Below are positions 50,370-59,342 of a stretch of 64,000 nt of DNA, piece by piece. The stretch comes from an uncultured Christensenellaceae bacterium (GTDB taxonomy: Bacteria; Bacillota; Clostridia; Christensenellales; UBA3700). Made by a program: the position numbers and the translations under genes. The notes under the pieces are model-generated. The model saw only the letters and a program-made list of their open reading frames with translations, was not told the origin of the DNA and did not search any database. Location: contig CAJUOU010000003.1 in the NCBI GenBank assembly GCA_910588545.1, positions 123,999 through 187,998 on the forward strand, read 5' to 3'. Each line of letters begins with the position of its first letter. Position 1 is the stretch's first letter.

Positions 50370-50437
50370 TCTTGAACGGTTGTTGAACGGTATGTTGAAC
50401 GACATGCAAAAACTCCCGACATAAATCGGGAGTTTTG
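50370..50437. repeat. Fic-flanking repeat R2
   Basis: TCTTGAACGGTTGTTGAACGGTATGTTGAACGACATGCAAAAAC followed by the hairpin TCCCGA-CATAAA-TCGGGA and a T-run. About 37/43 positions match R1 in the linear part. The hairpin sequence differs but its structure is retained. Confidence 0.75.
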
Positions 50438-50469
50438 TATGTTTATAAATTAACTATGGAAAGTTTTTA

Positions 50470-53400
50470 TTAGTTAATTCTTTTGATAATCATAATTTCG
50501 TCAAATACGTAATCCTCAACTTGTAAGAATGTTGCGATTTCCGCATTGTTACCAAATCTGCACTCAATTTCCTTTTCAGGGATTACCATACTAATTTGAT
50601 ATACATTGCCTTGTCTTACATATTGAGTAAAGTCAGAAGCATTAAAGCCATTGATTGTTAGATTAGGCTTATTTGTTTCTGTATCATATTCTGCATCTAC
50701 TTTACCATATACAAATGTAGCACTTATGTAATAAATACCGTCCAACAAGAAAGACTCGTATTTCATTGATTTTTCTTTAACAACACCGGGGAAAGTAGCA
50801 ATATTTTCAACTTTCTCGATATTCAAATCGGTAATAGCATAAATTACCGATGGCTGTTCGCCAACATCAACGCGCGCACTATTTACCAAATATGTTGTAT
50901 TAGCCTCCAATGTTATAGGAGCACCATAATCCATAAATACGGAATTTTTATTGTCGTAAACTACTTTAACTTTAGGAGCATCAGCAGTCTCTTCAAACAA
51001 AGCCTTAAATTCTACAACTTTGTTCACTTCATCCTTTGATACTTCTTCCCAGCCTTTAAATATCCAACCCATTTCATTAGGCAATCTGTATTCTGCATCG
51101 TATGCCGGGATATGATAATAACATTCTCTCTTTAATTCGTTGTAGTTCGCACGATAAATATGTTTCCAAGGCTTTGCCGCCATGTCGATATCTTCATAAA
51201 CAGCTGTTAAAGTAAAGTTTTCTTGAACTTTTAACGAATATTTAGGAAGATAAGTCAAATAGCTGCCGTCTTTTCTTTGCCAACCTACAAAAATTTCACC
51301 TTCTTTGGCAGCAGGAGCGTCCAAATAAACTTTATCACCATATTTATAGTCGGTTTTTTCCACTATATCAACACCATCATCGATAGATACTGTATAAAAT
51401 CTTTCTGCATAATCGACAAATGCAATTTCTTTCAAACTATCATCGGTAGCTGTATAAGTTGCAGTCATTAAGCCGTTATTGTCATTCCAACTAATACCTG
51501 TAATTTCGTTGCCGTTTTTATCTATTAGTTTTACGGCACTTGCAGTAAAGTGGCTATCGTCCAATCTTGCAGTGATGGTAATTGTACGTTTTTGAGCGTT
51601 TTTATCTGCATTTCCAAAATCAAAGTTGCTCATAAAGTTGTACTCACCGCCTACGGCTGCACCATTTATATAAATACTTGGGTGTACTTTTACAGTGTGA
51701 GGCTTGATTACCGCTGCAAAATAACTTCCTATCTCTTCTAGTACCATATGACCGTTGCTAAGCTCTACTTCTTGATACAAAATATAGTTGTTTGTAGATG
51801 GTCTTAATAATTGTCTGCCCGCAATATTTAGTTTAATGCTAACACCTTCGTTATATCCTGTATCTTGCCACATCATTTGTTCGTTAGCAGCAAATCCGGA
51901 GTATACACCTGCCCTATCGTCGGTCATTTTATTAAAGGAAACATACGCATTTCCGAAAATAGTTGTTTCTCCTCGTTTGTAACCTGCAGAAGTTCTAACC
52001 AATAAACTTCTTTTTTGGATAGTAATGGTTCTTGACATACTATCGTTAATAACATTATTCAAAAGTACGACAACTTTTTCCTGCTCGTCACTGTAAGCAA
52101 CGGCATGTTCTCTATCGCCGTTATCGTCACAATAAAGCTTTACTGCTCTTCCGTTAAAAACATTCATAGAGTTTTTAAGGTCTCCTACGTTTATAACTCG
52201 CAATCCTTTATCGTAAAGCTGACCATTTATTTTCATTTTCAATTCGTATGTAGTACCATCGTAATACAAAGGAGAATCTACACCGCCATTTTTAGCCATT
52301 CTGGTCTGGTCGGACATTTCCATCCATCTTACGCCGTTGGTATCGGCAACCTCTCCATTGCTAGCCATCTTATAAAATCCTATTTCGCCGGTACTATTTA
52401 TACCTACTTCGATTTCCGAGGTTGTAGCTGCATCCGGATAGTTGGTTTTTACAATAATGCCCGACTCTAAGTTAGAGAATGTTGGAGAGCTATACAAAGT
52501 CCACAAAATTTTACCTTGAGGTACAAAAATCACTACACCTTGACCATCGTGATTGAAAAAGTAAGGTATTGCAACACCATTGTTACCGTTATTTCTTCCG
52601 TTTGTTGTAAGAATTGCCCTTTCTCCGCAATCTCCGTAACCTTGATTGTATGCACTTCCGCCACCTTCGTTACCCTCCTTATTGGTACCGCCTGTAGCGT
52701 TCATATAAATCATTGTTCCGGGCAAAGGTCCTTCCGCAATATAAATATTCTTCATTTGGTCTACGTATTCGCCGTCGCCTGTACCGCCACTTGAGCCCTC
52801 TGCTATCATACAATCCAAATTGCCGGATACCATTGCAGTTGTTACGCTAGCACCTGAGTTAACACCTATAATACCACCTATCTTTCTATAGCACTTATAA
52901 GGTCCTCTATTTGCTCCGTTTTGATGGGTTTTTATATAGCCATGTAATCTACTATTATTCTCAAATTTAGCATATAGGTTGTTAAGTTTTGCACCATTTG
53001 CAACATAACCAGCTATACCACCAATCAAAGTTGAGCCCGAATTTCTATAGGTTTTAACCGGGAAGGTACCTGACCAATATCCCGACCTACCTTCTGCATA
53101 TAGCTTGCTATTAGTTCCAAAAATTGCAGTTGCATTGCTTATAGTTCCACCTCTGCTTGCACCTACAACAAGTCCTAATAATATAGCTCCGTTACAACCT
53201 GATTTAGAAAAAGTATCGTCTCTATCTATCCCCTCGTGAGAAGAAACATATAATTGCTTATCGGCAGCCAATTCCACAACTACGTTATCTATATCGCCGC
53301 CGCTGTTATAGCCCACTAGACCGCCAAAGGCTATATGCGCATCTAATCTACCCTCATTATTATTTACACTGCCGGTATCTCTATATGTTATTTTATGATT

Positions 53401-54039
53401 CCATGGGATATAAAATTTAAAGTTAAACAATTTACCGCCTGTGCCAAGCTCGTTAAGCATACCGCCAAAGCAATGGTAAGCTACAGGATACGGATTACCA
53501 CTATTATCCGGCATTTCATATCCAGGTATATCTTTTGCTGTTACATGAGGTCTTTGACCTACTGATTGAGCATGATCACAGGCTATAATATCCGGACCGC
53601 CGCCTTCTAAAGTTACTGTATATCCGCATCCGTCAAACCATTTTGTAAACTTACCCACGCTGCCGGGTGCAAGACCCGCATAAGTTGAGTTTGTTCCCCA
53701 ATCCAAGGTAACATTAGCGGTCAAATATCCGCTTTTGCCGGAATAACTACCCTCTTGTTTTAAAAAACTTTGTAATTGAGTGCCGTTGCTTATAGCAACC
53801 CAATCGGTTGATTCCACATAACCGGAACTGTTTATGTACCTTTCTTGGTCGCCAACACCGCCCAAATAGTTATTTTCGGTATAGCCCTCGTTAAGAACAG
53901 GCTGTACTGTATCCAAATAAGTGCCATTGCTGATATCCGACTTGTTTAATGTTAACACACCAAACAAAGCCAAAATCAAAGACAATGTAAGCATTATACT
54001 GATACAAATACCGAATATCCTTGTCTTTCTTCTTTCCAT
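50470..54039 (-). CDS. Large membrane-anchored surface protein with GLUG motifs and C-terminal Listeria-Bacteroides (Flg_new) repeats
   Basis: The N-terminal signal-anchor is IFGICISIMLTLSLILALFGVL. GLUG-like units include GGLVGYNSGGDIDNVVV, IGGIAGYVANGAKLNNLYA and IGGIIGVNSGASVTTAMV. Flg_new-like units include EGEIFVGWQRKDGSY...FTLTAVYE and GWIFKGWEEV....FKALFE. Confidence 0.8.
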   Translation of the reverse strand: MERRKTRIFGICISIMLTLSLILALFGVLTLNKSDISNGTYLDTVQPVLNEGYTENNYLGGVGDQERYINSSGYVESTDWVAISNGTQLQSFLKQEGSYSGKSGYLTANVTLDWGTNSTYAGLAPGSVGKFTKWFDGCGYTVTLEGGGPDIIACDHAQSVGQRPHVTAKDIPGYEMPDNSGNPYPVAYHCFGGMLNELGTGGKLFNFKFYIPWNHKITYRDTGSVNNNEGRLDAHIAFGGLVGYNSGGDIDNVVVELAADKQLYVSSHEGIDRDDTFSKSGCNGAILLGLVVGASRGGTISNATAIFGTNSKLYAEGRSGYWSGTFPVKTYRNSGSTLIGGIAGYVANGAKLNNLYAKFENNSRLHGYIKTHQNGANRGPYKCYRKIGGIIGVNSGASVTTAMVSGNLDCMIAEGSSGGTGDGEYVDQMKNIYIAEGPLPGTMIYMNATGGTNKEGNEGGGSAYNQGYGDCGERAILTTNGRNNGNNGVAIPYFFNHDGQGVVIFVPQGKILWTLYSSPTFSNLESGIIVKTNYPDAATTSEIEVGINSTGEIGFYKMASNGEVADTNGVRWMEMSDQTRMAKNGGVDSPLYYDGTTYELKMKINGQLYDKGLRVINVGDLKNSMNVFNGRAVKLYCDDNGDREHAVAYSDEQEKVVVLLNNVINDSMSRTITIQKRSLLVRTSAGYKRGETTIFGNAYVSFNKMTDDRAGVYSGFAANEQMMWQDTGYNEGVSIKLNIAGRQLLRPSTNNYILYQEVELSNGHMVLEEIGSYFAAVIKPHTVKVHPSIYINGAAVGGEYNFMSNFDFGNADKNAQKRTITITARLDDSHFTASAVKLIDKNGNEITGISWNDNNGLMTATYTATDDSLKEIAFVDYAERFYTVSIDDGVDIVEKTDYKYGDKVYLDAPAAKEGEIFVGWQRKDGSYLTYLPKYSLKVQENFTLTAVYEDIDMAAKPWKHIYRANYNELKRECYYHIPAYDAEYRLPNEMGWIFKGWEEVSKDEVNKVVEFKALFEETADAPKVKVVYDNKNSVFMDYGAPITLEANTTYLVNSARVDVGEQPSVIYAITDLNIEKVENIATFPGVVKEKSMKYESFLLDGIYYISATFVYGKVDAEYDTETNKPNLTINGFNASDFTQYVRQGNVYQISMVIPEKEIECRFGNNAEIATFLQVEDYVFDEIMIIKRIN

Positions 54040-54424
54040 AATTTCCTCCCTAAGAAGTCAGAATTTGCCCACCACACAATATAAACAGCGGATAAAAAAC
54101 GTATTGCAAACCAAACAAATAATATTGGGCGCAATAGCAGTTTTTTATTATACCCTTATATATGCGTGGTATAATACAATATTATAATAGAACATATACC
54201 TTAATCAAACCTTAAACAAGGGAAATGCTACAAAAATTTTACACAAAAATTATACAAAATAAATATTATTTCCTATTTTAGAAATTCTTTGTCTACTAAA
54301 TTTTTACCGATAGCAATCTTTTGTCTAACAAAATTAATGCTCTTAAACAACTTGACTTTAGCTATTTTAAGATAATATCTGAATTTGTTCAATATAATAT
54401 TAACAAGCTACCATAAACTTTTAG

Positions 54425-54970
54425 AGTATCAGCCTTTTTCAAGCAAAGAACATCGGTTTACTTGACCCGATTATTTTGATACCTATTTTTATACTCGATT
54501 TCCTTTGCATACATCCGTTTAACGATGGCAACGGAGGATTAAGCAGATTGCTAACTACCCTTTTGCTTTATCAAAACGACTTTTTTGTTGGCAAATATAT
54601 AAGTATTGAAAGAAAAATAGAACAAAATAAGGAATCATACTATGTTGCACTTGAAAAAAGCAATATGGGCTGGCAGGACAGCACAAACGACCCTATGCCT
54701 TTTGTAAACTTCATTTTAAATATTTTGCTTGCGGCTTATAAAGATTTTGAGGAACGCGTAGACCTAGTAGGCTTAAAGCAAAAAAATATTAACATTATAA
54801 AAAATGCGATTAAAAAAACTTTAGGCAAATTTACAAAAAATAAATTGATGGAGTTGTGCCCTACAGCAAGTAAAAGCAGTATAGAAAATTGCCTAAAAAC
54901 TTTGGTGGAAAGTAACGAAATAACACGCTACGGTAAAGGAAAAAATACTTACTACACCAAAAACTGTTGA
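54425..54970 (+). pseudogene. 5'-truncated Fic-family remnant with a degenerate active-site motif
   Basis: The frame is open only from 54425, and the track ORF starts at TTG 54476. The motif reads HPFNDGNGGLSR, with the first Arg of HxFx(D/E)GNGRxxR replaced by Gly. The usual ~150-200 aa N-terminal region is absent, while the C-terminal wHTH-like part is retained. Confidence 0.6.
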
Positions 54971-55088
54971 TTTTGGAAAATTTTAGGTAAATTACAGGCT
55001 ATATATTGATAAACCTTACAATTTGTGCTATAATAATTATAGTTACAATAAAAAGAATTTATCTTGAACAAGATAATAAGGAGATAAT

Positions 55089-55391
55089 ATGTTAACTCAC
55101 ATTAATAATAAGGAAGAATTTGAACAAAAAATAGCAAACGGCACTGTGCTTGTAGACTTTTTTGCAACATGGTGCGGACCTTGCAAAATGTTAGCACCTG
55201 TGCTTGAGCAACTAGCAAACGAAATGCCTGAAATCGAAATTTTGAAAATCGATGTCGACCAAGTGTCCGACGTTGCAAAGGAATACGGCATAATGTCAAT
55301 CCCTACGCTTATCCTTTTTAAAGACGGCGTTAAACAAAACACACAAGTAGGTTTTATGAATATTAACCAACTTAAAAGTTTTGTAAAATAA
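55089..55391 (+). CDS. trxA: Thioredoxin
   Basis: WCGPCK active site. 100 aa. SD is AAGGAG. Confidence 0.95.
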   Translation: MLTHINNKEEFEQKIANGTVLVDFFATWCGPCKMLAPVLEQLANEMPEIEILKIDVDQVSDVAKEYGIMSIPTLILFKDGVKQNTQVGFMNINQLKSFVK

Positions 55392-55416
55392 CTATTACCT
55401 GTATTTGATAAATATA

Positions 55417-55450
55417 AATGCTTGCTTTTACAGCAGGCATTTTTTATTTT
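55417..55450 (+). terminator. trxA terminator
   Basis: AATGCTTGC-TTTTACA-GCAGGCATT followed by TTTTTATTTTTT. Confidence 0.7.
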
Positions 55451-55552
55451 TTACAATATCCACAGCAAATAGATTTTCTTATAATAATTATTATCAATAT
55501 TTATCGCCTTTTTAAAAGTGATAAAACTTTTTGATTTTTTGCTTTTAAATAA

Positions 55553-55581
55553 TTGACAGTTATATAAAAGTATGCTATACT
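55553..55581 (+). promoter_or_regulatory. Promoter of the regulator-potABCD operon
   Basis: TTGACA (55553-55558), a 17-nt spacer, then TATACT (55576-55581). Confidence 0.7.
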
Positions 55582-55598
55582 CTTTTTGTTTAATAAAA

Positions 55599-55677
55599 CT
55601 AAACTTTAGGTTTAGCAAAAATTGTTTTACTAAACTTTTGGTTTAATATTATAAAATTCATTAAACTTGAAGTTTAG
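55599..55677 (+). promoter_or_regulatory. Three 17-bp palindromes CTAAAC-N5-GTTTAG spaced exactly 31 bp apart (candidate operators in the 5' UTR)
   Basis: CTAAACTTTAGGTTTAG (55599-55615), CTAAACTTTTGGTTTAA (55630-55646) and TTAAACTTGAAGTTTAG (55661-55677). Confidence 0.6.
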
Positions 55678-55709
55678 TATGTAAAACTAAAGTAGTTAAG
55701 GAGTTAAAT

Positions 55710-56243
55710 ATGGAAATAGGCTCAAAAATAAAAAGACTAAGGTTGCAACTTTCGCTCACGCAGTCCGAGCTTGCGGACAGATGCGAACTTACAAAAGGAT
55801 ATATATCGCAGCTTGAAAACGACTTGACAAGCCCGTCAATCTCAACGCTTATAGATATATTGTCCGCACTTGGTACGGATGCTCAAACCTTTTTTAAGGA
55901 AGAAGAAGACGAACAGGTCGTATTTACCGAAAACGATTTTATCGTAAAGGATAGCTTGGAGCAAGAAAAAGTTTGGTTGGTACCAAACTGTCAAAAAAAC
56001 GAAATGGAGCCTTTGTTGGTTACCATAAAACCAAAATACTCACTACCCGGAGATATGCCGCATGAGGGGGAGGAATTCGGGTATGTTTTATCAGGTAAAA
56101 TTATACTGCATTTAGGTAAAAACAGTTATACGGTAAAAGCTAAGGAAAGTTTTTACTTTGTATCGGACAAATTACATTATATTGAAAATGCGAGCAATAT
56201 CCCCGCAAAAATAATTTGGATATCAAGTCCACCTACTTTTTAA
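55710..56243 (+). CDS. XRE-HTH plus cupin domain transcriptional regulator (PuuR-like)
   Basis: The N-terminus has the HTH_3 pattern IKRLRLQLSLTQSELADRCELTKGYISQLENDLTSPSISTLIDILSALG. The C-terminal cupin is GEEFGYVLSGKIILHLG... Confidence 0.85.
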   Translation: MEIGSKIKRLRLQLSLTQSELADRCELTKGYISQLENDLTSPSISTLIDILSALGTDAQTFFKEEEDEQVVFTENDFIVKDSLEQEKVWLVPNCQKNEMEPLLVTIKPKYSLPGDMPHEGEEFGYVLSGKIILHLGKNSYTVKAKESFYFVSDKLHYIENASNIPAKIIWISSPPTF

Positions 56244-56258
56244 TGGAGAAATAAATAT

Positions 56259-57707
56259 ATGAGTACACTTATTGAATTGAAAGATGTTTGCAAAGCTTAT
56301 GACGGTCAAAATGTTGTTGACCATGTAAATCTTAATATCGAAAAGGGGGAATTTGTTACCCTTTTAGGTCCAAGCGGTTGCGGTAAAACCACTACTTTGA
56401 GAATGATTGCGGGTTTTGAAAAACCTACCGACGGCGAAATTTTGCTTGACGGCAAATCGGTGCTTGATATTCCGCCTCATTTAAGACCTGTAAACACCGT
56501 ATTTCAAAGATACGCACTTTTCCCGCATTTAAATGTTTTTGACAACATTGCGTTTGGTTTGAAGCTTAAGAAAAAAGAGCTTTGCCGTGAGGTAAAAGGT
56601 TTTTGGGCAAGACAAAAAGCTATTAAAGCCTTGATTTCCGAAAAAGTTAAAAAAGCTTTGAAAATTGTTGGTCTTACAGACTACGAATATAGAAATGTTA
56701 CAAGCCTAAGCGGCGGACAGCAACAAAGGGTGGCTATTGCACGCGCTATCGTAAATGAACCACAAGTTTTGTTGTTGGACGAGCCTTTGGGTGCTTTGGA
56801 CTTAAAAATGCGTCAAGAAATGCAGCTTGAGCTTAAAAATATGCACCGCAGACTTGGCATTACTTTTGTTTACGTAACCCACGACCAAGAGGAGGCTCTT
56901 ACAATGAGCGACCGCATTGTGGTTATGAAAAACGGTATTATACATCAAGTGGGAACACCTATCGACATTTACAATGAGCCTTCTAATGCGTTTGTTGCGG
57001 ACTTTATAGGCGAATCCAACATCATAAACGGTATTATGCTCGAAGATAAACTTGTTAGATTTGCAGGCGCGGAATTTGTTTGCGTGGACAGCGGTTTTGA
57101 AAAAAATCAAACTATCGACGTTGTTATTCGTCCGGAAGATATTTATTTGATGGACGAGGAAAAAGGTCAAATAAAAGGTGTTGTAATTTCCTCGCTATTT
57201 AAAGGCGTACACTACGAAATGAGCGTAATTGCAAACAAGGTAGAATTTTTGATTCACTCGACTACCGAGTGGAAGGCAGGCGAAAAAGTCAGCCTTTACA
57301 TTCGCCCGGATGACATTCACATAATGAAAAAGGAAAAAAACAGTAACGTTATCAACGCCAAAGTTTTGAACGAGACAGAGATTGAATTTGCCGACGGCGT
57401 ATTTAATTATGACAAAAAAACCTTTGAAAATGGGGGCTTTTCCGAAAATGACTATTTGAAAGAGGAAGTTAAAATCTCCATTGACTTTGACAAAATCGAC
57501 CTTACCGACTATGAGGACTCTGCACCAATCGCAGGTAATATCGTATCAAGCATTTTCAAGGGAGATAAATATCAATATGTTGTAAAATCCGATAACGGTT
57601 TCGATTTCTTTGTAGATACCGAGGACGAGTATGACAGCAATGACCGTGTGGGAATTACTATCAAACCGGAAGACATTAAGTTGGAAAGAATTATTTCTTC
57701 CAAGTAG
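56259..57707 (+). CDS. potA: Spermidine/putrescine ABC transporter ATP-binding protein with duplicated C-terminal TOBE-like domain
   Basis: Motifs present: Walker [46 protein letters not shown], and VTHDQEEAL. There are two TOBE-like units ([16 protein letters not shown]...[11 protein letters not shown] and [16 protein letters not shown]...[10 protein letters not shown]). It is 482 aa against the usual ~370. Confidence 0.88.
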   Translation: MSTLIELKDVCKAYDGQNVVDHVNLNIEKGEFVTLLGPSGCGKTTTLRMIAGFEKPTDGEILLDGKSVLDIPPHLRPVNTVFQRYALFPHLNVFDNIAFGLKLKKKELCREVKGFWARQKAIKALISEKVKKALKIVGLTDYEYRNVTSLSGGQQQRVAIARAIVNEPQVLLLDEPLGALDLKMRQEMQLELKNMHRRLGITFVYVTHDQEEALTMSDRIVVMKNGIIHQVGTPIDIYNEPSNAFVADFIGESNIINGIMLEDKLVRFAGAEFVCVDSGFEKNQTIDVVIRPEDIYLMDEEKGQIKGVVISSLFKGVHYEMSVIANKVEFLIHSTTEWKAGEKVSLYIRPDDIHIMKKEKNSNVINAKVLNETEIEFADGVFNYDKKTFENGGFSENDYLKEEVKISIDFDKIDLTDYEDSAPIAGNIVSSIFKGDKYQYVVKSDNGFDFFVDTEDEYDSNDRVGITIKPEDIKLERIISSK

Positions 57708-57717
57708 GAGCAAAAAA

Positions 57718-58527
57718 ATGAAAAAAATTACTATTAAAAGAAAATATCTTGCTTTTCCTTACGCGATATTTATGTTGCTTTTTGTGCTTTTGCCTCTTGC
57801 TTTGATAGTCTTTTACGCTTTTACAAATGCGGATGGTAGCATCAGTTTGGAAAACTTTATAAACTTTTTTACTGACGGAGTAACTTTCAACTCTTTCCTT
57901 GACTCTATTTGGATTGCCTTTATTACAACAGTAATTTGCTTTGTTATAGGCTTTCCCGTTGCTTACATTTTGGCAAACAAAAAATATAACAGAAACAAGA
58001 CTTTGTTTTTGCTTTTCTTGTTGCCTATGTGGATAAACTTTTTGCTAAGAACAATCGCAACGCGTGCTATGTTCGAGGCTTTTGGCTCTTGGCTTGATAT
58101 AGAGATAACTTTTGGCAAAGCAACCACTATTTTTGGTATGGTTTACAACTTTTTGCCCTTTATGATTATTCCTATTTACTCCACACTTTCCAGCTTGGAC
58201 AAAAGTTATACGGAAGCAGCACTTGATTTGGGGGCTACACCTACAAAAGTTTTAACACGTGTTATTTTACCACTTGCAATACCCGGTATTATAAGCGGTA
58301 TAACAATGGTGTTTATGCCTACACTTTCCACTTTCGTTATATCAGACCTTTTGGGCAACAACTTAGTTCAACTGCTTGGTAACATTATTAACTTGGAGTT
58401 TACTCAAAACTCTTGGAACTATGGCTCTGCTCTTTCTATCATTTTGCTGCTTCTTATGGGGCTTACAATGTTTATCGAGAAAAAGTATAACAACAAAACT
58501 CAAACTGCGGGAGGTAGAATATGGTAA
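57718..58527 (+). CDS. potB: Spermidine/putrescine ABC transporter permease
   Basis: The start is set at ATG 57718 (MKKITIKRKYLAF, SD AGGAG), whereas the track ORF is extended upstream. The EAA loop is YTEAALDLGATPTKVLTRVILPLAIPG. Confidence 0.88.
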   Translation: MKKITIKRKYLAFPYAIFMLLFVLLPLALIVFYAFTNADGSISLENFINFFTDGVTFNSFLDSIWIAFITTVICFVIGFPVAYILANKKYNRNKTLFLLFLLPMWINFLLRTIATRAMFEAFGSWLDIEITFGKATTIFGMVYNFLPFMIIPIYSTLSSLDKSYTEAALDLGATPTKVLTRVILPLAIPGIISGITMVFMPTLSTFVISDLLGNNLVQLLGNIINLEFTQNSWNYGSALSIILLLLMGLTMFIEKKYNNKTQTAGGRIW

Positions 58528-59342
58528 AAAAGATTTTAGCCAAAGGCTACGTTTACTTGGTACTTTTATTCCTTTACGCTCCTATTGCAGTATTGGTTAT
58601 TTACTCCTTTACTCCTGCGGCAACTATGCAATGGCAAGGTTTCAGCCTTGAACTTTATCAAGATTTGTTTAATCCCGCAAAAAGCGCAGATATATTGGAC
58701 GCTTTGAAAAACACTTTGATTATCGCAGGAATATCTTCCGTAATATCGACATTGATTGGTATTTTTGCGGCAATCGGTATTTACAACATGAAAAACCGCT
58801 CTAAAGAGGCGATGATGACTGTAAGTAAAATACCTATGATGAACGCCGAAATCGTGACAGGTGTTTCGCTAATGCTATTGTTTTTGCTGTTTGGCATACC
58901 TTTTGGAATGGTTACCGTTATTATTGCGCACATAGTTTTTTGCACTCCTTACGTTATACTTTCCATTATGCCTAAATTGCAACAAATGGATAACAATTTG
59001 TACGAGGCTGCTTTAGATTTGGGCTGCACTCCTATGAAAGCGTTATTCAAGGCAGTACTTCCTCAAATTATGTCAGGTATTGTAAGCGGTTTCTTCCTTG
59101 CTTTTACATTGTCTATCGACGATTTTGTTATAACTATTTTCAACATTCAAGGCATTAATACATTGTCGACATTTATCTATGCAGATGCTGCTAAAAACGG
59201 TTTGACACCATCTTTGCGTGCACTTTCGACTATGATTCTTGTTTCGGTTTTGTTATTGCTTGTTATAGTAAATATTTTCTCTCATCGTGAGAAAAAATCA
59301 AAAAATAAAGCTGTCGCTAAAACAAAGGGGGTTAAAATATGA
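58521..59342 (+). CDS. potC: Spermidine/putrescine ABC transporter permease
   Basis: The EAA loop is LYEAALDLGCTPMKALFKAVLPQIMSG. It overlaps potB by 7 nt. Confidence 0.88.
   Translation: MVKKILAKGYVYLVLLFLYAPIAVLVIYSFTPAATMQWQGFSLELYQDLFNPAKSADILDALKNTLIIAGISSVISTLIGIFAAIGIYNMKNRSKEAMMTVSKIPMMNAEIVTGVSLMLLFLLFGIPFGMVTVIIAHIVFCTPYVILSIMPKLQQMDNNLYEAALDLGCTPMKALFKAVLPQIMSGIVSGFFLAFTLSIDDFVITIFNIQGINTLSTFIYADAAKNGLTPSLRALSTMILVSVLLLLVIVNIFSHREKKSKNKAVAKTKGVKI

Noticed and set aside
50224-50424. A 66-aa plus-strand ORF spans the fic 5' end and repeat R2.
   Set aside because: Most of it is antisense to fic. Only its last ~20 codons are conserved with the R1 copy. I treat it as part of the repeat, not as a gene.
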